Assembly: GCA_964016885.1 (NCBI GenBank)
Contig: OZ024743.1
Coordinates: forward strand, 247,566,001-247,630,000
From: Eledone cirrhosa
Taxonomy: Eukaryota
Length of the DNA: 64,000 nt
Reading direction: 5' to 3'
Shown: in pieces, positions 39,811-57,389 of the stretch
Layout: each line of letters begins with the position of its first letter
How positions within the stretch are numbered: position 1 is the first letter of the stretch
Notes under the pieces: model-generated
Database searches by the model: none
Seen by the model: the letters and a program-made list of their open reading frames with translations, nothing else
What the model was told of the DNA's origin: nothing
Program-made: the position numbers and the translations under genes

Positions 39811-40860
39811 TTATTAATAACAATGGAAGCACCATGACAAAACAGTTAATAGGTTTACTTGGCAGTCATTATTACATCCTGGGTTTAATTCCCTGCATGT
39901 CATCTTAGACGGTTGAAACAATGCTTTGTGAATGAAATTGGATAGACGGAAGCATTGCGAATGGATTGTATGTGTAATTCAATGGGCAACCTTATCCCAC
40001 ATGGTGTCTTGCTGAATCTCCCTGAGAATTAAGTTAAGCGTGCACATATCTCACATATCTGAGGAGTGTTCAGCTACTGCCGCATTAATTTCATGAGCAT
40101 GCTGCCCAATTGATTGAACAACTGGAACACTCATTGTTAAAACTGATGGAGATTCATTGTATTTACATTTTCATTCCAATCCATCATGACACACCTTGGT
40201 TTATTCAGTAGAAACTTATGACGAAGATGGAAACACCCTCTCTATACCTCAACAATAACACAATGCCACTTAAAAAACATCCAAATTAACACACTTTATA
40301 CAAGTACAGTTTGCTTATCCAAACAACAAAACAAAAATATTCAGTAAAGATTAAAAAAAAATTACCTGTACATACAAAGGACACAGCTTGAGCTGTAGAA
40401 AGCTCCGACTTTCCAGTACTACATGCACAATCACTCCCCAAACCATGGCTCATCTTGAAAACCCTAGAACAGTACTACAATAGTATCCTGTCTATTCAGT
40501 GCAGACACATTATTATCATCATCATTTAACTGTTTTCCCTGCTAGAAAGAAGACATACAAAAATCACAATCATGTCCATTATCTCATCATAAAAATTGTG
40601 CTGGAATACACCCGTCCAGGGATACATGCAGAAAATAACTGCTGTTGTTGACTTACTGAGTCATCTTACCTGCAACTACCTGAACCTTCTAGCACAGACA
40701 GTGGAAGGATATAACCTGCTCAAAGTTTTCCACACTGCATCCCATATGATAAACGACTATATCAGTGTGCATTGTGATCTTGAATTAGCTGGTATATCTG
40801 AAGCAATGGATCTAAGGATCTTTGTAGTTGTTCAATCTACATACAGGCCCATGCAAAGGT

Positions 40861-41150
40861 GGTAATAGTCTCAGGCTAGATGTAATATGTATGCAGTCAA
40901 AGATGGTAATAGGTCCAGGTCTCGTGTGAAATGTAGGCAGTCAAAGATGGTAATAGGTCCAGGTCTGATGTGAAATGTAGGCAGTCAAAGACGGTAATAG
41001 GTTCAGGTCAGATGTAAAATGTAGGCAGTCAAAGACGGTAATAGGTCCAGGTCAGGTGTGAAATGTAGGCAGTCGAAGCTGGTAGTGGGTTCAGGTCAGA
41101 TGTAAAATGTAGACAGTCAAAGACGGTAATAGGTTCAGGTCAGGTGTAAA
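40861..41150. repeat. 44-bp minisatellite (~6.5 copies)
   Basis: ggtaataggtccaggtcagatgtgaaatgtaggcagtcaaagat recurs at 40861, 40905, 40949... Confidence 0.9.
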
Positions 41151-41769
41151 ATATTGACCCCCCTTTTCAAATTAATTAAATTCTTTCAATAATTAGTGCT
41201 AAATACGTAATGTATGTATGGGTTATCGATATGTGTGGCTTGGTTATTAAAGTGTTTGGTTCACAATCTTAGGCTGCAACACATGTCATTAAGCAAGTCA
41301 CTTTTTTTCATGTTGCTCCAGTTCACACAGCAGGCAAAAATGACTTATACCTGCACTTCAAAAGGCCAGCCTTATCACACCCTGTGTCATGCTGAATCTC
41401 CTTGAGAACTGTGTCTCTATGATCAGTCACTTGCATGTTAATTTCACAAGCAGGCTCTCTCATTGATCAAACGACAGCAACACCCACCATCAGAACCAAC
41501 AAGAAGTCCAACATATGGACATATACATGTACATTTCATGTACTTGTTCTTACAATTAACAGAACAGAATAAAAAACAAAATAGAAAACGAGAACTTGAA
41601 GTGAGTAAATTCCTTCAAATTCTTGGGCCCATGCCAACTGACTTATCTACTCTTCCCCATCCCTCTGGTTTGGCCTGCTTACGTGTCTTAGGTCTGCACG
41701 TGCAGGGCTTATACTTGGTGCTGCATATAAGAAATATGACATGAAGATAAAAAAAATAAGCAAAGGTGA

Positions 41770-42101
41770 CTATATAAACGTATGTACAATTATATAGGGC
41801 AATAAACATATAATTATATAAGGCAGCATACATATACACCATTATATATAGTACCAAACATACAATTATATAGGGCAACACAGAAATACGTACAACATAA
41901 TATATAGTAACACACAAACATCTATACCTTAATATAGAGCAACACACAAATATATACACCTTATTATAGAACAACACACAAATATATACAACATGATATC
42001 TACTAACACATATATATACCATAATATATATAGTAACACACAAACATATATATCATAATATATATAGTAACACAAACATATATATCATAATATATATAGT
42101 A

Positions 42102-42138
<37 letters not shown>

Positions 42139-42935
42139 ATAATATATATAGTAACACACAAACATATATATCATAATATACATAGTAACACAGAAACATA
42201 TATAACATAATATAGAGCAATACACATATATACAAGATAATATATACACCTTAATATAGATAGAGCAACACACAAATATATACAACATAATATAGAGCAA
42301 CACACAAATATATACAACATAATATATAGCAACGCAAACATATACACCTTAATATATAGCTACACTCAAATATATACACCTTATTATATAGCAACACAGA
42401 TATATGCACCTTAATATAGAGCAACACACAAATGTATACACCTTAATATATAGCAACACTTAAATATATACAGCATAATATATAGCAACACAAACATATA
42501 CACCTTAATATATAGCAAGACTCAAATATATATAGATAGAGGTACTCCGTCACTTACAATGACAAGTATCCCATTTGATCCGATCAATGGAACAGCCTGC
42601 TTGTGAAATTAACGTGCGAGGGGCCAAGCATTCCACAAACACATGTGCCTTTAACATAGTTCTCAGGGAGATTCGGTATCACACAAAATGTGACAAGGCT
42701 CTTTGAATTACAGGTACAGCTCATTTTTGCCAGCTGAGTGTACTGGAACAACGTGAAAATAATGTCTTGCTCAAGGACACAGAGCACTGCTGGGAATTGA
42801 ACTCACAGCCATACGATTGTGAGACAAATTCCCTAACCACAAAGCCACGCGCTCTCACAAATATATACAACATAATATATAGTAACACACAAACATATAG
42901 ACCAACACAAATATATAGAACAATATTCAGAACAA
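41770..42935. repeat. AT/AC-rich ~30-bp minisatellite interrupted by a minus-strand SINE (~42540-42850)
   Basis: acacacaaatatatacaacataatatatagca-like units. The interruption carries tcttgctcaaggacaca...ccctaaccac, the reverse complement of the SINE head at 58820-58930. Confidence 0.8.
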
Positions 42936-45823
42936 CACATGATACTATCTGCTGGGTACAACTTTTGGCAGAAAGAATAATGTAAAATGAAGTAACTTGC
43001 TCAAGAACACAACATACTGCCTGGTAAAGGAATTCAACCCACAACCTTATTATCATGAGTCTCAACACCCTAACCACTATGCTACATGGTGGAGGGGTGG
43101 GGTGTAATATTATTGATAAAATATTAACATAAGACTCATTGCTGTCTAATATGGCCAATATGTCATCAAAGAAAATTATGAAGAACTTTTTTTAACAAAA
43201 CAGACAAAAATCTCTATAAAATGTCATCAACATCATTATTATAAAATGTTGTTATCATCATCAAATGTTAACACCATTACCACCACCATCATACTCAAAA
43301 GTCATCATCATCAAATGACATCATCATACTTAAATGTCATCTTCAAATATCATCATCATCATAATTCTACGGCTCTCTACCTTGCTGGCATGGGTTGGAC
43401 AGGTTATCATGAGCCAGGTCAATTCTTATTCAGAGTAATTGCCCCTCTAGATGAGTTTGATAACCATGTCTCACTCAGACATTCCAATTTTAGGCATAGT
43501 TTCAATGAGTAGATGCCCTGCCTATCATCAATCACTATACAGAATATATTGGATGCATTTCATCATGACATACTTTTGTTATTTTTTCCTCCTGTCTTTT
43601 ATTCTCTAACTGGTTTCAGTAATTAGAGTGCAACTATGCTGAGCTTCCAGCATAAAAAGATTTAGTTGATTCTATCAACCACAGTAGTTATTTTTTTAAG
43701 TTGGTACTTATTGAACCACTAAGTTACATTAAATATATACAGTAAATGTAAGCATGGACACCTCTTCCCCCTACTATATATATATATAACCCATGTTAGC
43801 GTGGAAGATGGATGTTAAATGATGATGATGATGATATATATACAAGTATATATATACATATATGTTTCCAATCGTTGGATATCAACACACACTGACCTTT
43901 AACCTCGTCAAATGTTTGAGCTCACATGTCATTTGAATTACTGCTTTTGTTTAAAAGAAAAAGCCATATTTAATTCTGTTATATGTTTTCTGTGGACCCA
44001 ACGATTATAAAGACAAGAAGTTTGGACCCCAGAAGTACAGTCTACTTCTTTGCTCTGGCCAAGTAGTCCCGACCTATGTGGTCAGCTGTTCTAGCCATGC
44101 ATACCCAAATCAATAAAAGGTTAGTAGAATTCACTACTTTGAAATTCTACATTCACCCACAATTCAACCAATCTAACACACCACGATTATGTGTACCCTT
44201 TTCCATTATTTATTATTACTGCACATGATTTGGGAGTATCATGCAATCAATAGAAGCATAAAAATTAGTGGTGTCTTGTTATTTTTAAATTCATATCAAT
44301 GTGATTAATGAAAATCATCTTCCCCATGGCAATATCACATCACCACAACTATTAGTTTCATTGACTATGGCAAGACTTCACAGCAACAATTCTCTCAACT
44401 CACTGAGACACATTTAACCCTTTAACTTTTACATTACTCTATATTTACTATTGTATTTTTGCAGTAAAGGCTTTAGCTCAAGTAGTTATCTCACATAATA
44501 TCGAATCTATGAGATTTTGATATCATTTGTTTTGAAAACAATACCTTAACATCAATATGAGTGGCCAGTTACAGCTGGTTTGAACAGAAAGAGGTGAGAG
44601 AATTCTGGCTGGGTATGGCCAGTTTAAATGCCAAAGGGTTAACTCACCTGCTATGGAGTCGACCAACAAACCAACCACTCATTCAACTCATCTCAAAACT
44701 TCTACTACAATCAAACAAATGAATCAAGCAATCAACTAACAAACAAACATCCACTAACACACTCACTAAATATACATGATGGGTTTCTTTATAGTATCTG
44801 TCTACCATATTTCACTTACAACGTATTGGCAAACTTGAGGCAATAATAGAGATATTTGCCATTTGCCCAAAGGGTCAACCAATGGGACTGAACCTAGAAC
44901 TATGTGATTGCAAAGTGATCTCCTTAACCACAAAGCCATGTCTGCATCTGTATATTACATATTTCTTTCTTTTATATGAAAATTATTTTATTATTATCAT
45001 TTCATAAAGAACTGTTTTTTTTTATTCCATTGTGTCATATTCCTGGCAATTACACCTGTTAATCCCTTCCAGTCCCTTCTTTAACTATAGTCAGCTAGGG
45101 TTTAGTTTTGGAAAAAAATAGTTTTCTTTTTTTAAGTGTCTCCTCAACTTTATATTGTCTCCATTTGTTCAACCACTTTACTACTTCTATGCATTTGCTA
45201 CCTAGCAACTCTATCTTCTGTGACAGTCTGCCTGAGATCCCACATCTTTTATACCCTACTACACATCTTGCATATCCATAGAATGCGCTGAGTATGCCAT
45301 ATGGAATTCATTCACTATATTTACATTATCAAATGAAAATTGTGATTTTCACACTTTTCTCACTTACTCTTTTAAAATCAGTAGAATTAATCACCACTAG
45401 ATACTTCTGATTAGGAAACGTTTAGCAGAAAGCATTTTATGTTTTGATTCTATTAATCACATTTTTTTCTTGATAACTTAGTCAGAAGAAAAAGAGCAGG
45501 GCTAGTCTTGTGACCCTTTTCCAGGACCCCTGAGACTAGAGGGAGGAAGAGAGGATGTTCTCCTCAGACTGGAGACCTGACCTGAATGCTTGCAACAGAG
45601 TGGTCTTTACTAAAGACGTCCAAGCGTCAGGTGGTGTTGTTAAACCAAATGATTGATTAAGTTCCAAAACAAATTCAGCTTCTAAAACCAATTCAAGCAA
45701 GCAATCTGTAATTTCCAACTAATGGACCTTTCCTTTTATCCATCATTATCAAAGTTGTCTTTCCTTCAACCATTCAACTTGGAACTTCTTGTACTACACA
45801 ATCATTTAGGTGCTTCCCTTGCC

Positions 45824-46113
45824 TTGAATGAACACTTTTAAATCTTTTCAATCAGATTCCTTGGATCCCATCCAGTACAGGAGATTTCCATTTGGGCATT
45901 TTCCTAACTTGCTCTTGAATGTCTTCCTTTGAAATTCTTTTACATCTCTGTTTATCGTTATTTCATCGACTTTCCCCCTCCCACCAAAATTGTTGACCTT
46001 GTACCTAAATCAGAAACTATTATTATTATTATTTGGGAAAATGCCCAAATGGAAATCTGCACTGGATGGGATCCAAGGAATCTGATTGAAAAGATTTAAA
46101 AGTGTTCATTCAA
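45824..46113. repeat. ~82-bp near-perfect inverted duplication, ~125-bp spacer
   Basis: 45824-45907 is the reverse complement of 46033-46113, with two substitutions and one 3-bp indel. Confidence 0.9.
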
Positions 46114-46115
46114 AG

Positions 46116-46325
46116 GCCGTGAATTGGCAGTATCGGTAGAGGGTCGGACGCCATGCTTTACAGCATAGAGTTACGGCCCTTTATGATCTGAGTTCAAATC
46201 CTGTCGAGGTTAACTTTGCCTTTCATCCTCACAGGGTCGATAAAATAAAGTACCAGTAATGCACCGGGGTATTTGCTGGCCTTGTGCCAAAAGTAGAAAC
46301 AATTATTATTATTATTGTTATTATT
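46116..46325 (+). mobile_element. Full-length tRNA-derived SINE with (ATT)n tail
   Basis: A box TGGCAGTATCGG, B box GAGTTCAAATCC, Nin/Deu-like core gcctttcatcct...gggtcgataaaataaagtaccag, (att)n tail. Confidence 0.85.
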
Positions 46326-48699
46326 GATGTTTCTCACATATTTCTTCTTATACCATATGTTTTTGGTTTATTTTTTAGTTGAATGTTTGTTATTAGTATT
46401 TATCTTTTTATTATATGCTTATTCTCATCCCTAATTTATTAGCTCCTGTTTCATCTTAGCACAGGTTGGTAGGGTCTATGTAACAGACTCTTGTCATTCT
46501 TCCTTATATGTTGCTGTTTTGTTTTTGTCTGTAACTTATCTTTCTAATATCTGTAGCAACTATTTTGGTACCAGTCAGCTTTGTGCTGTAGTTGTATCTC
46601 TCATACCTACCATCAACTATATTTTCATTGAACTTTTCAAACATTCAGTTGCTTTGCCTACTCTCTTTAATTAAGTCTATCTCTCAAGTTCACATTTATA
46701 TCTCACCCCTTTTTAATACCAAACTGCCTGAAACCACTCTGGATTTATTATACAGAACTGCTAATTTAAAAATGTTTATACTTATATTATTAAAACCTTC
46801 CAGCATAATTTTATTTTAGAAATGTTTGTTAATGAATGTTCTAAATAGCTTATTAATGAAAAAACTTAGTTATTTTATTAAATTCTGACAAATTTTGGGC
46901 TATTTTCAAAATTAATTGAAACACACAGGGAGTGCATTTCATTAAAAAATCAGTAATGAAAGGGTTAAATAAATCACATATACACCTCATTCCTTTCTAC
47001 TGGGAGAAAGAGAGAGGTGAGGTGAAAACCTCCTTGCCATAAAGAAATGTTGTAGCTCACATTATGCCTTCTACTCACTTCTTCATACTTTAGACACTGC
47101 TTTTACTGGTTCCACCTCAGCATGCTTTCAGTTGTTTAAGTAACAGAAGTTATTTACCACTTCCTGTGAACCACTAAAGCATAGTCTTCAGTCCTTGAAA
47201 GTGCACTATCAATTACTCCAGTACATTTTGACCACTTTAAATATTTGTCATCAGCATAGCTTCTTGTCTTTCAAGCTATATATATCGAGAATTATATTCA
47301 TAGTTAACCCTTTCATAACTACACTGCTTTTGATTAGGGCTGGCACTTTTATTAGGCTAACTAGGCAATTACCAAGGGCGCAGACCTCAGAGGGGCACAT
47401 TACTGAACATTAAAGGAGCACAATTTCATGCAAATTTGTTTATTTAAATGAAATATAAAAGAATTTCATGCAATCAATGAATTAACTTGTAGAATGGGGT
47501 GCACACTTTAGGAGTAGCTTAGGGCACTAAATACCCTGTCCATGATTTTCAATTAACTTTGAAAATAATCAAAAATTATGAGGAGTTTAGAAAAAGCACT
47601 GACTTTTTTATTTTTAAGCTATTTGAAACATATCAAAATTTTCTTACAGAAAAATTATGACAGAAGGTTTATAAATAAATGTAACATTTTAAACAACTTT
47701 ATATCATAGAACCAGGGGCGATTTCAGGTGGTTTTCTATCAAAAGGGTTAAGATGACACATATTTATTTGTTTTAGGGAAGTCTTCGCTACTCTTTTAAC
47801 AGTTCAAGTAACTTTCAAATTCTATGTTCTAATAAAAGTAAAGTAGAAATTTATATGCCAGTACTTTTAGTAAGTGTAATGATTTATTATAGTTGAAATT
47901 ATTTGTTTAGAAATACTTCAGGACTGACGCAATTTATATTCCTTCTCAAAAAAAAAAAAAAAAAATTACTAACATAGCACAAAGACATGATGGTAGATAA
48001 TTATTTAATAAACAAAACAATTGATGAGCAATTCTGTGATTAACACCTATATGTTTTAATTGTAACAGACTGACTTTATTTTATTCAGTCAATGAAATAA
48101 GTTCCAGCCAGCCAACTCATTAGGTGTTGGCCAACAGCCATGGGCTGACAGCTTATATTAGGTCAGTAACATTGTCATGCATTTATGATTGAAACTCTGA
48201 ACTCTTAACTTTCACAGATTAGAGTCTAAATAGCAGTAAATAGTTACCATGGGAATTAGTGTTAACACTGTAAGTAGCAGGAGGATTGTATAAGTGACAT
48301 GCAGTGCTTGTTAGCCTGCAGTGCTGAGTTCAAATCCATCCATGGACTTGAGAAAGATAATGGAAAACCAGTCCAGTATATTTTGGTTTGAAGGGCCTAA
48401 AAGAGCAGTGTAGAGGGTCTGGTGAGCCAGAGAGAGTACTATGAACATCTGAGGGCTCTTAAAATATTAAAAAAACAAACCTCTTATATCCTTTTTTGCA
48501 CCGAAATGGTACAATAGTTAGTGTAATAAATATCTATATACAACAACTCTTTCCACAAATTGAGTGCTCTTCCAACCTTTGATACATTTTACCAAATTAC
48601 ACTATACAACATCATAATCATCATTTAACATATATTTTTCAGAATTGTGTGTGTATATATATATATATATATATACATATATATTTATATATATATATA

Positions 48700-50285
48700 G
48701 CATAGCTGAATCTATGGTACAAATAGAGAAAAATTTCCTGACCTGGAACCATAACTTGGAATCAAAAGGTCTTAAAGTCAACTTGGCAAAGACTAAAGCC
48801 CTGGTAAGTTGAAAGGAAAATAAGGCCCTGATCCCTTCAGGGAAATAGTCCTGCTCAATATGTAGGAAAGGGTTGGTAGAATTCCATCCACTGTTCCAAA
48901 TGCAAACTATGGATACATAGCAAAGAATGTAGGCTTTACATGTGGGCGTTGCACAGGAGCAGTAAGCAGCAAATGCTCACAGGAAACAAACAGTTGACAG
49001 CTTCTGGCAGCCAAATTAGCAGTGGAGGTGGGTGTTCCAAAATTACTGCAACCAGGGTGAGAACAGGGTAGAGAAAGTTCAGGGAGCTACTACCACTGCT
49101 AGCTACAAAAGGTTTTTCTTTTAAAATGAAGGGCAGATTGTATGATGCTTGTATATGAACAACAATGCTGCATGGTAGTGAGACCTGAGTGATGGGTGCA
49201 GAGGACCTACGAAGACTGGACAGAAATGAAGCTTGCATGCTCTGGTGGATGTGTAATAGTAATATACGAATGGCAAAATGTAAATGAACTGAGAGAGAAA
49301 CTGGGCATAAGAGGAATCAAATGCAGTGTGCAGGAGAGGAGATTGTGGCAGTATAGACGTGTGATGCATATGAAGGATGACAGCTGTATAAAAAGGTGCA
49401 AGGGTGCTCAAAATTGATGGAAGCTATGGAAGAGGAAGACCTAAGAAGGTTTGGGATGAGGTGATAAAAGCTGACCTCTTACAATTGCACTTCTCAAAGG
49501 TGATGGCACAGGATCAAGAGCTCTGGCACTATGCAGTACTGCAGAAGATGCACTTTCCCATGTGTACTGGTTGAAGCAAACATCTAATGGTCTCTTGTAT
49601 GCACCACTTCTCCCCTTCCCCTTCCATACACCTCCAATGCCTTAACCCTCCACACTTCACCAGCTAAGTACCCTACTCTAAACACACCTCTCCAATCTCC
49701 ACCATACAGACACACCCCATCTCACCTCCTTTCCTCATCAGGCGCACCTTTCTTGACAACCCTGCATACAAGTATGGAAAGCTGAATATGCTCTCCCACA
49801 ATGCTGCTGAAATGGTTAAAAGCTCTCAGTTCACACTGTAAGGTGGTCATACTGGTGACACAACAAAAGCCACTAGACGACCATGTAAAGTGCTCATGTT
49901 GGTGTCTTGACAAAAGAGCAGCTTGTTCTCCCTGTAAGGTGGTCATGATGGTGATATGACAGGAGGCATACGTTACTTCATAAAGTGATCATGTTGGTGG
50001 CACAACAGAAGGTGTCCAATTCACCCTGTAAAGTGGTCGTATTGGTGATATGAGAAAAGGCGCTCAGTCCACACTGTAAAGTGGTTGTTTTGATGCCATC
50101 ATAAAAAGCACTTGAGTCCACACTGTAAATGTGGTTGACATTAGGAAGGGCATCCAGCCATAGAAACCAAGCCAGAAACAGTTCTGTATGAACAAAATCA
50201 TCTGATCTGATTTGCCTCACAATGAGACAACTTGTCTAACTCATGCAAACAGAAAAACAGACGTTAAACAGTGATGGTGATGATG
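48700..50285 (+). mobile_element. 5'-truncated RTE LINE with 3' UTR ending (TGA)n
   Basis: Decayed LESKGLKVNLAKTK, CSICRKG...CSKCKLWIH zinc motif, LHGSET, GRGRPKKVW. Tail ttaggaagggcatccagcc...gacgttaaacagtgatggtgatgatg. Confidence 0.8.
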
Positions 50286-51354
50286 TTATATATATATATG
50301 TTTGCCCAACCCATGCATACAAGTTTGAAAGCTGGACATGCTCTACATTTAATCTCCCACAATGCTGTTGCCATGACAAAAACACTAAGTCTACCCTGTA
50401 TGCTGATCTGGTGTCACAACAAGTCCACCTTGTAAGTTAGTTGTGCTAGTGACATGACAAAAAGCACCCAGTCCACCCTGTTAGGTGGTGCTTTTGCTGA
50501 CCTGATAAAAAGCACCTAGTCCACACTATAATGTGAAAGGGCATCCAGCAGTAGAAACCAAGCCAAAATACAGATCAGTATGAGCATGATGTAGTTTCTG
50601 GACCTGAGCTCATTTTTGTGACCTCCAGGTCTGAAAAGAAATCTTGCCCCATGCCAAATTTCTCGGAGGCCTTACTCCTTTGACTCACAAGAGAACGATG
50701 AAGTCTCTGGTGGTCAGTAGTGTAGCTATGAGTGTGGGGAACTACCTCAGGTAACACTTTTATGGTGTAGAGAGGGGGCAGAATTTTTGGGTATATGTGT
50801 GAAGGTGGGGGTGGGGGAAAACTCAAGGGCTACCCCGGGCAACACACACTTTAGCTCTGCCACTAATAGTGGTGATTGAACAACACTATCGTAACTGAGA
50901 GAAACTAACAAACAAAACTTTTTTTGTACTGATATTGGAAGACATAACTCTGTTTTGTAAGTTGAACAAATGAATTGATAGCTATAATTTCATTAGCTGC
51001 TACCCTATTATTTGGAGCGGTCTTACATAACGGAAAGTATGTGGCTAGCAATTGTTGCAATACCAGTTTACACACAATAACAACTCTCACATTAATATAT
51101 TTAACTGATAGGCGATCATACATCATTCAAAACAAAAGCCAGCAATTTATATTTTAATTAGCTGTTATAATTAAGGTACAATTTATTTGATCTGAATGTG
51201 ACTAGATTTGTTCAAGGAAATTTTTTCTCTCTCTGGAGTACAAAGCATCAAAAAGTAAACATGAATTTGTTGAAATTTCTCGTTGATAATTCTATTTTTA
51301 TTTTCTCGGCTTTTGCTGTCTTTATTCTTTCGTACAATTGAATAAAAATTATGA

Positions 51355-53105
51355 GCACTACAACGCTATTAGCTGTCAGTCCAAGCAGCCGATGGAAACA
51401 GGCGAAGGTGACGTCACTCGTCAAACATCGTTTATTTCCGTATTACTACCACGCGTAAGTGGAGTTTTCACCCGTTTTTTGGAGAGAGAGAGAGGGGGAA
51501 GACTTAAAAGGGCCAAATTAGAAAACAAGTCATGGTTATATTGATGTAAGTGGAGTTACTTAAATGAAAATATAGGTGGCCCTTAAAAGGGCCAAATTAG
51601 AAAACAAATTTAAGTTAATTAGAAAACAAGTCATGGTTATCAAATAAATTTGATTTATTCATTTATATTTTCATTATTCACCAACCTTATTCAAATGCAT
51701 GAATCAGATGACGGATATGTTCTAATAACTTTTGGAAAATTTCTCCTTTAAATTCATACCGCCACATGAATTCAATGAGATGGGTTTGAAGCAAATTTCT
51801 GGCTGTCCCGTTTTCCCTTTTATTCCTATTTTTTACGTGTTTCCACAAGCATTCTATGTGATTCGTTGTGGCAAATGTTACTGGATCAACAAAAATGATC
51901 GAATGGTTCACCGTCAAATGTTGATAGCCTAGCTGATCGATCGTATTATAGGAACGCCATAGATCAGATATTATGGTTGTCCCTGGCAATATACGATCCT
52001 GTATAATGGTTAAAAGTGTCTCCGCTGTCCTGTCTTCTACTGCTACTAAAATACATCTTCTGGTACTTCTTTCCAAAGCACCAAAAACCCACTGTGTTTT
52101 CACAGAATGGCCACGATGGTATTTCCTTCTCACGAATGCGCTTTCATCAATCTCGACAATTCGGTTTGGCCCGCCAAGCTTAATGTTTTGTGCCACATAG
52201 TACTCTGCACATACATCACAGCAAACATTTCGCCAATCTGCTACCGCCACATTCGCGATACGACATTCCTCTGAAATCTTCTTGGCTAAATCTTCTTTTG
52301 CCCAAAAATATAATATATCAACTATTTGTTCATACTTCAAGTTGCTATTTTCTAAAAATGTGCCTTTTCTAATAGAAACCTGTTTTCTACATGGTCTTTT
52401 ACACGACCAGATAATCCCATCTGACACATTTTGTTTCGCTACTTCCAACATACGTTGACCACATGAAGGGCAGACCTTTTGTGTATTCAGAAGTCCTTGA
52501 ATTTTCAACCAATTGACTGTAGTAGCGGTAGCGATGGAAAGATCGCGATGGTTAATTCCCTTAATATAGATATATTATAGAACTCATTTTTCATTATATG
52601 GATATATTATAGAACTCATTTTTCAACTTGCAGATGCGTGTATTATCACAAAGTGAAGATTAAAGTTTATTTATTTACACGTGGTGTTGGTGATGATTGT
52701 TGCTGATTGGTGGGGATTGTTTCCATGGGGACTGTCCCTTGTCTCCATGGGAACTATCCATGCTTTTGAATAAGGTTGGTGAAAATAATTTGTTTTCTAA
52801 ACATTTCATAAATATATAGGGTTGGTGAAAATAATTTGATAACCATAATTTTGCCCTTTTAAGGGCCACCTATATTTTCACTTAAGTAACTCAACTTACA
52901 TCGATATAACCATGACTTGTTTTCTAATTTGGCCCTTTTAAGTCTTCCTCCTCTCTCTCTCTTCCCCTCTCTCTCTCCAAAAAACGCGTGAAAACTCCAC
53001 TTACGCGTGGTAGTAATACGGAAATAAACGATGTTTGACGAGTGACGTCACCTTCGCCTGTTTCCATCGGCTGCTTGGACTGACAGCTAATAGCGTTGTA
53101 GTGCC
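51355..53105 (-). mobile_element. Merlin (IS1016/IS1595-like) DNA transposon with ~245-bp TIRs
   Basis: 51355-51600 is the near-perfect reverse complement of 52846-53104 (gcactacaacgctattagctgtcagtcc...) and flanks a transposase ORF. No TSD is recognisable. Confidence 0.92.
51687..52508 (-). CDS. Merlin/ISXO2-like DDE transposase (N-terminus probably frameshifted)
   Basis: Zinc ribbon CPSC...WSCKRPC. Catalytic VEIDES, IISDLWRSY, TNHIECLW and the HLTVNHS motif are typical of DDE_Tnp_IS1595. The ORF starts at TTG; the nearest upstream ATGs (~52585-52595) are out of frame. Confidence 0.8.
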   Translation of the reverse strand: MKIQGLLNTQKVCPSCGQRMLEVAKQNVSDGIIWSCKRPCRKQVSIRKGTFLENSNLKYEQIVDILYFWAKEDLAKKISEECRIANVAVADWRNVCCDVCAEYYVAQNIKLGGPNRIVEIDESAFVRRKYHRGHSVKTQWVFGALERSTRRCILVAVEDRTAETLLTIIQDRILPGTTIISDLWRSYNTIDQLGYQHLTVNHSIIFVDPVTFATTNHIECLWKHVKNRNKRENGTARNLLQTHLIEFMWRYEFKGEIFQKLLEHIRHLIHAFE

Positions 53106-53156
53106 GATCATTCTAATGTTTTATTTATAAGTTTTTGCATTTGTGTTTGTCTTGTA

Positions 53157-53331
<175 letters not shown>

Positions 53332-54110
53332 CAGAAATAATATATCCAGTACTTAAACTGAACAAATGAGTGAAACTACTAAAATGCAATATTTTATTTC
53401 GAATTTGAAGATAAATGATTTTCGTACAACGTACATTTAAAATTATTTGGCACCACCCCAGCCACTTTCTCTCTCGTAACCGTACACTCACACATACACA
53501 GATACGACAACTTTAATATAACAGATAGATGATAGATGATTATTCTAACCTTGACTTCTTCCCTCGATGAAATCTTCTGCTAAATATAGATTAACAGTTT
53601 GTAAATAATCTGTCAAATATTACATAACCTTTTATTTGCCCTCGCCCAGTTTAGGAAATGTGAGACCAGTTAGTGTCGTGTCGTTGGGTCAGTCGTCTGA
53701 TGAGTTGAAGTTTTTATCGTGTTTATAAATTTGTCTGTTTTTCTCGAATTGGTGGAGCATTCCGTCTCATATTTCCAGGTCTAATTTATGTAACACCCTT
53801 CTCATTACCTTTCATTCTCAGTCACTACCTTTCTTTCTCCATTGTGTTGGAAATTATCCCCCCCCCCTCTCTCTTTCACTCTGTCTATGTTTCCCCCTGC
53901 AGGTATGTCCACACACACCTACAATGTAGTGTAATTTGGTAAAGAATATCCAAAGTTTGGAAGGCACACAATCTGAGGAAATAATTGTAGACATAGATAT
54001 TTATTACACCACCTATAGGGTCATTTAAGTACAATTCCTTCTCTGGTCGCCTGTTTTATGGTTAACGTAATAAACCCCTCTCTTTGTCTCTCTCTCTGAC
54101 CGTGTATATA

Positions 54111-57052
<2,942 letters not shown>

Positions 57053-57389
57053 TATATATATATATGTGTTTCGTCAACCCCCAATGAATATATTTTTTCT
57101 CCCCAAACTACCAAAACACACATCACATTTGTATATGCTCTACAATTTATGTACATGTTATATTTATCGCATATCAATGTTTTCTGACAATTTTAGAGTG
57201 CAAAAAGCTAAACTAATCACTAGAATTAAATTAACCAAATTTGCCCCCTCCCCCCTCGCCAATTCAGAAATGCTTCCACCACCGCTAATATATATTCCTT
57301 TCTTGTAGAAATATATGAAATGCATATGTACTTTTTCTATTAATATAGAAATATTAATAGTACATTTTAAGTTTAGTTCCCCCTCATTC

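Noticed and set aside
53696-53720. CTGATGAG motif
   Set aside because: No stem II or downstream GAAA, so not a hammerhead.
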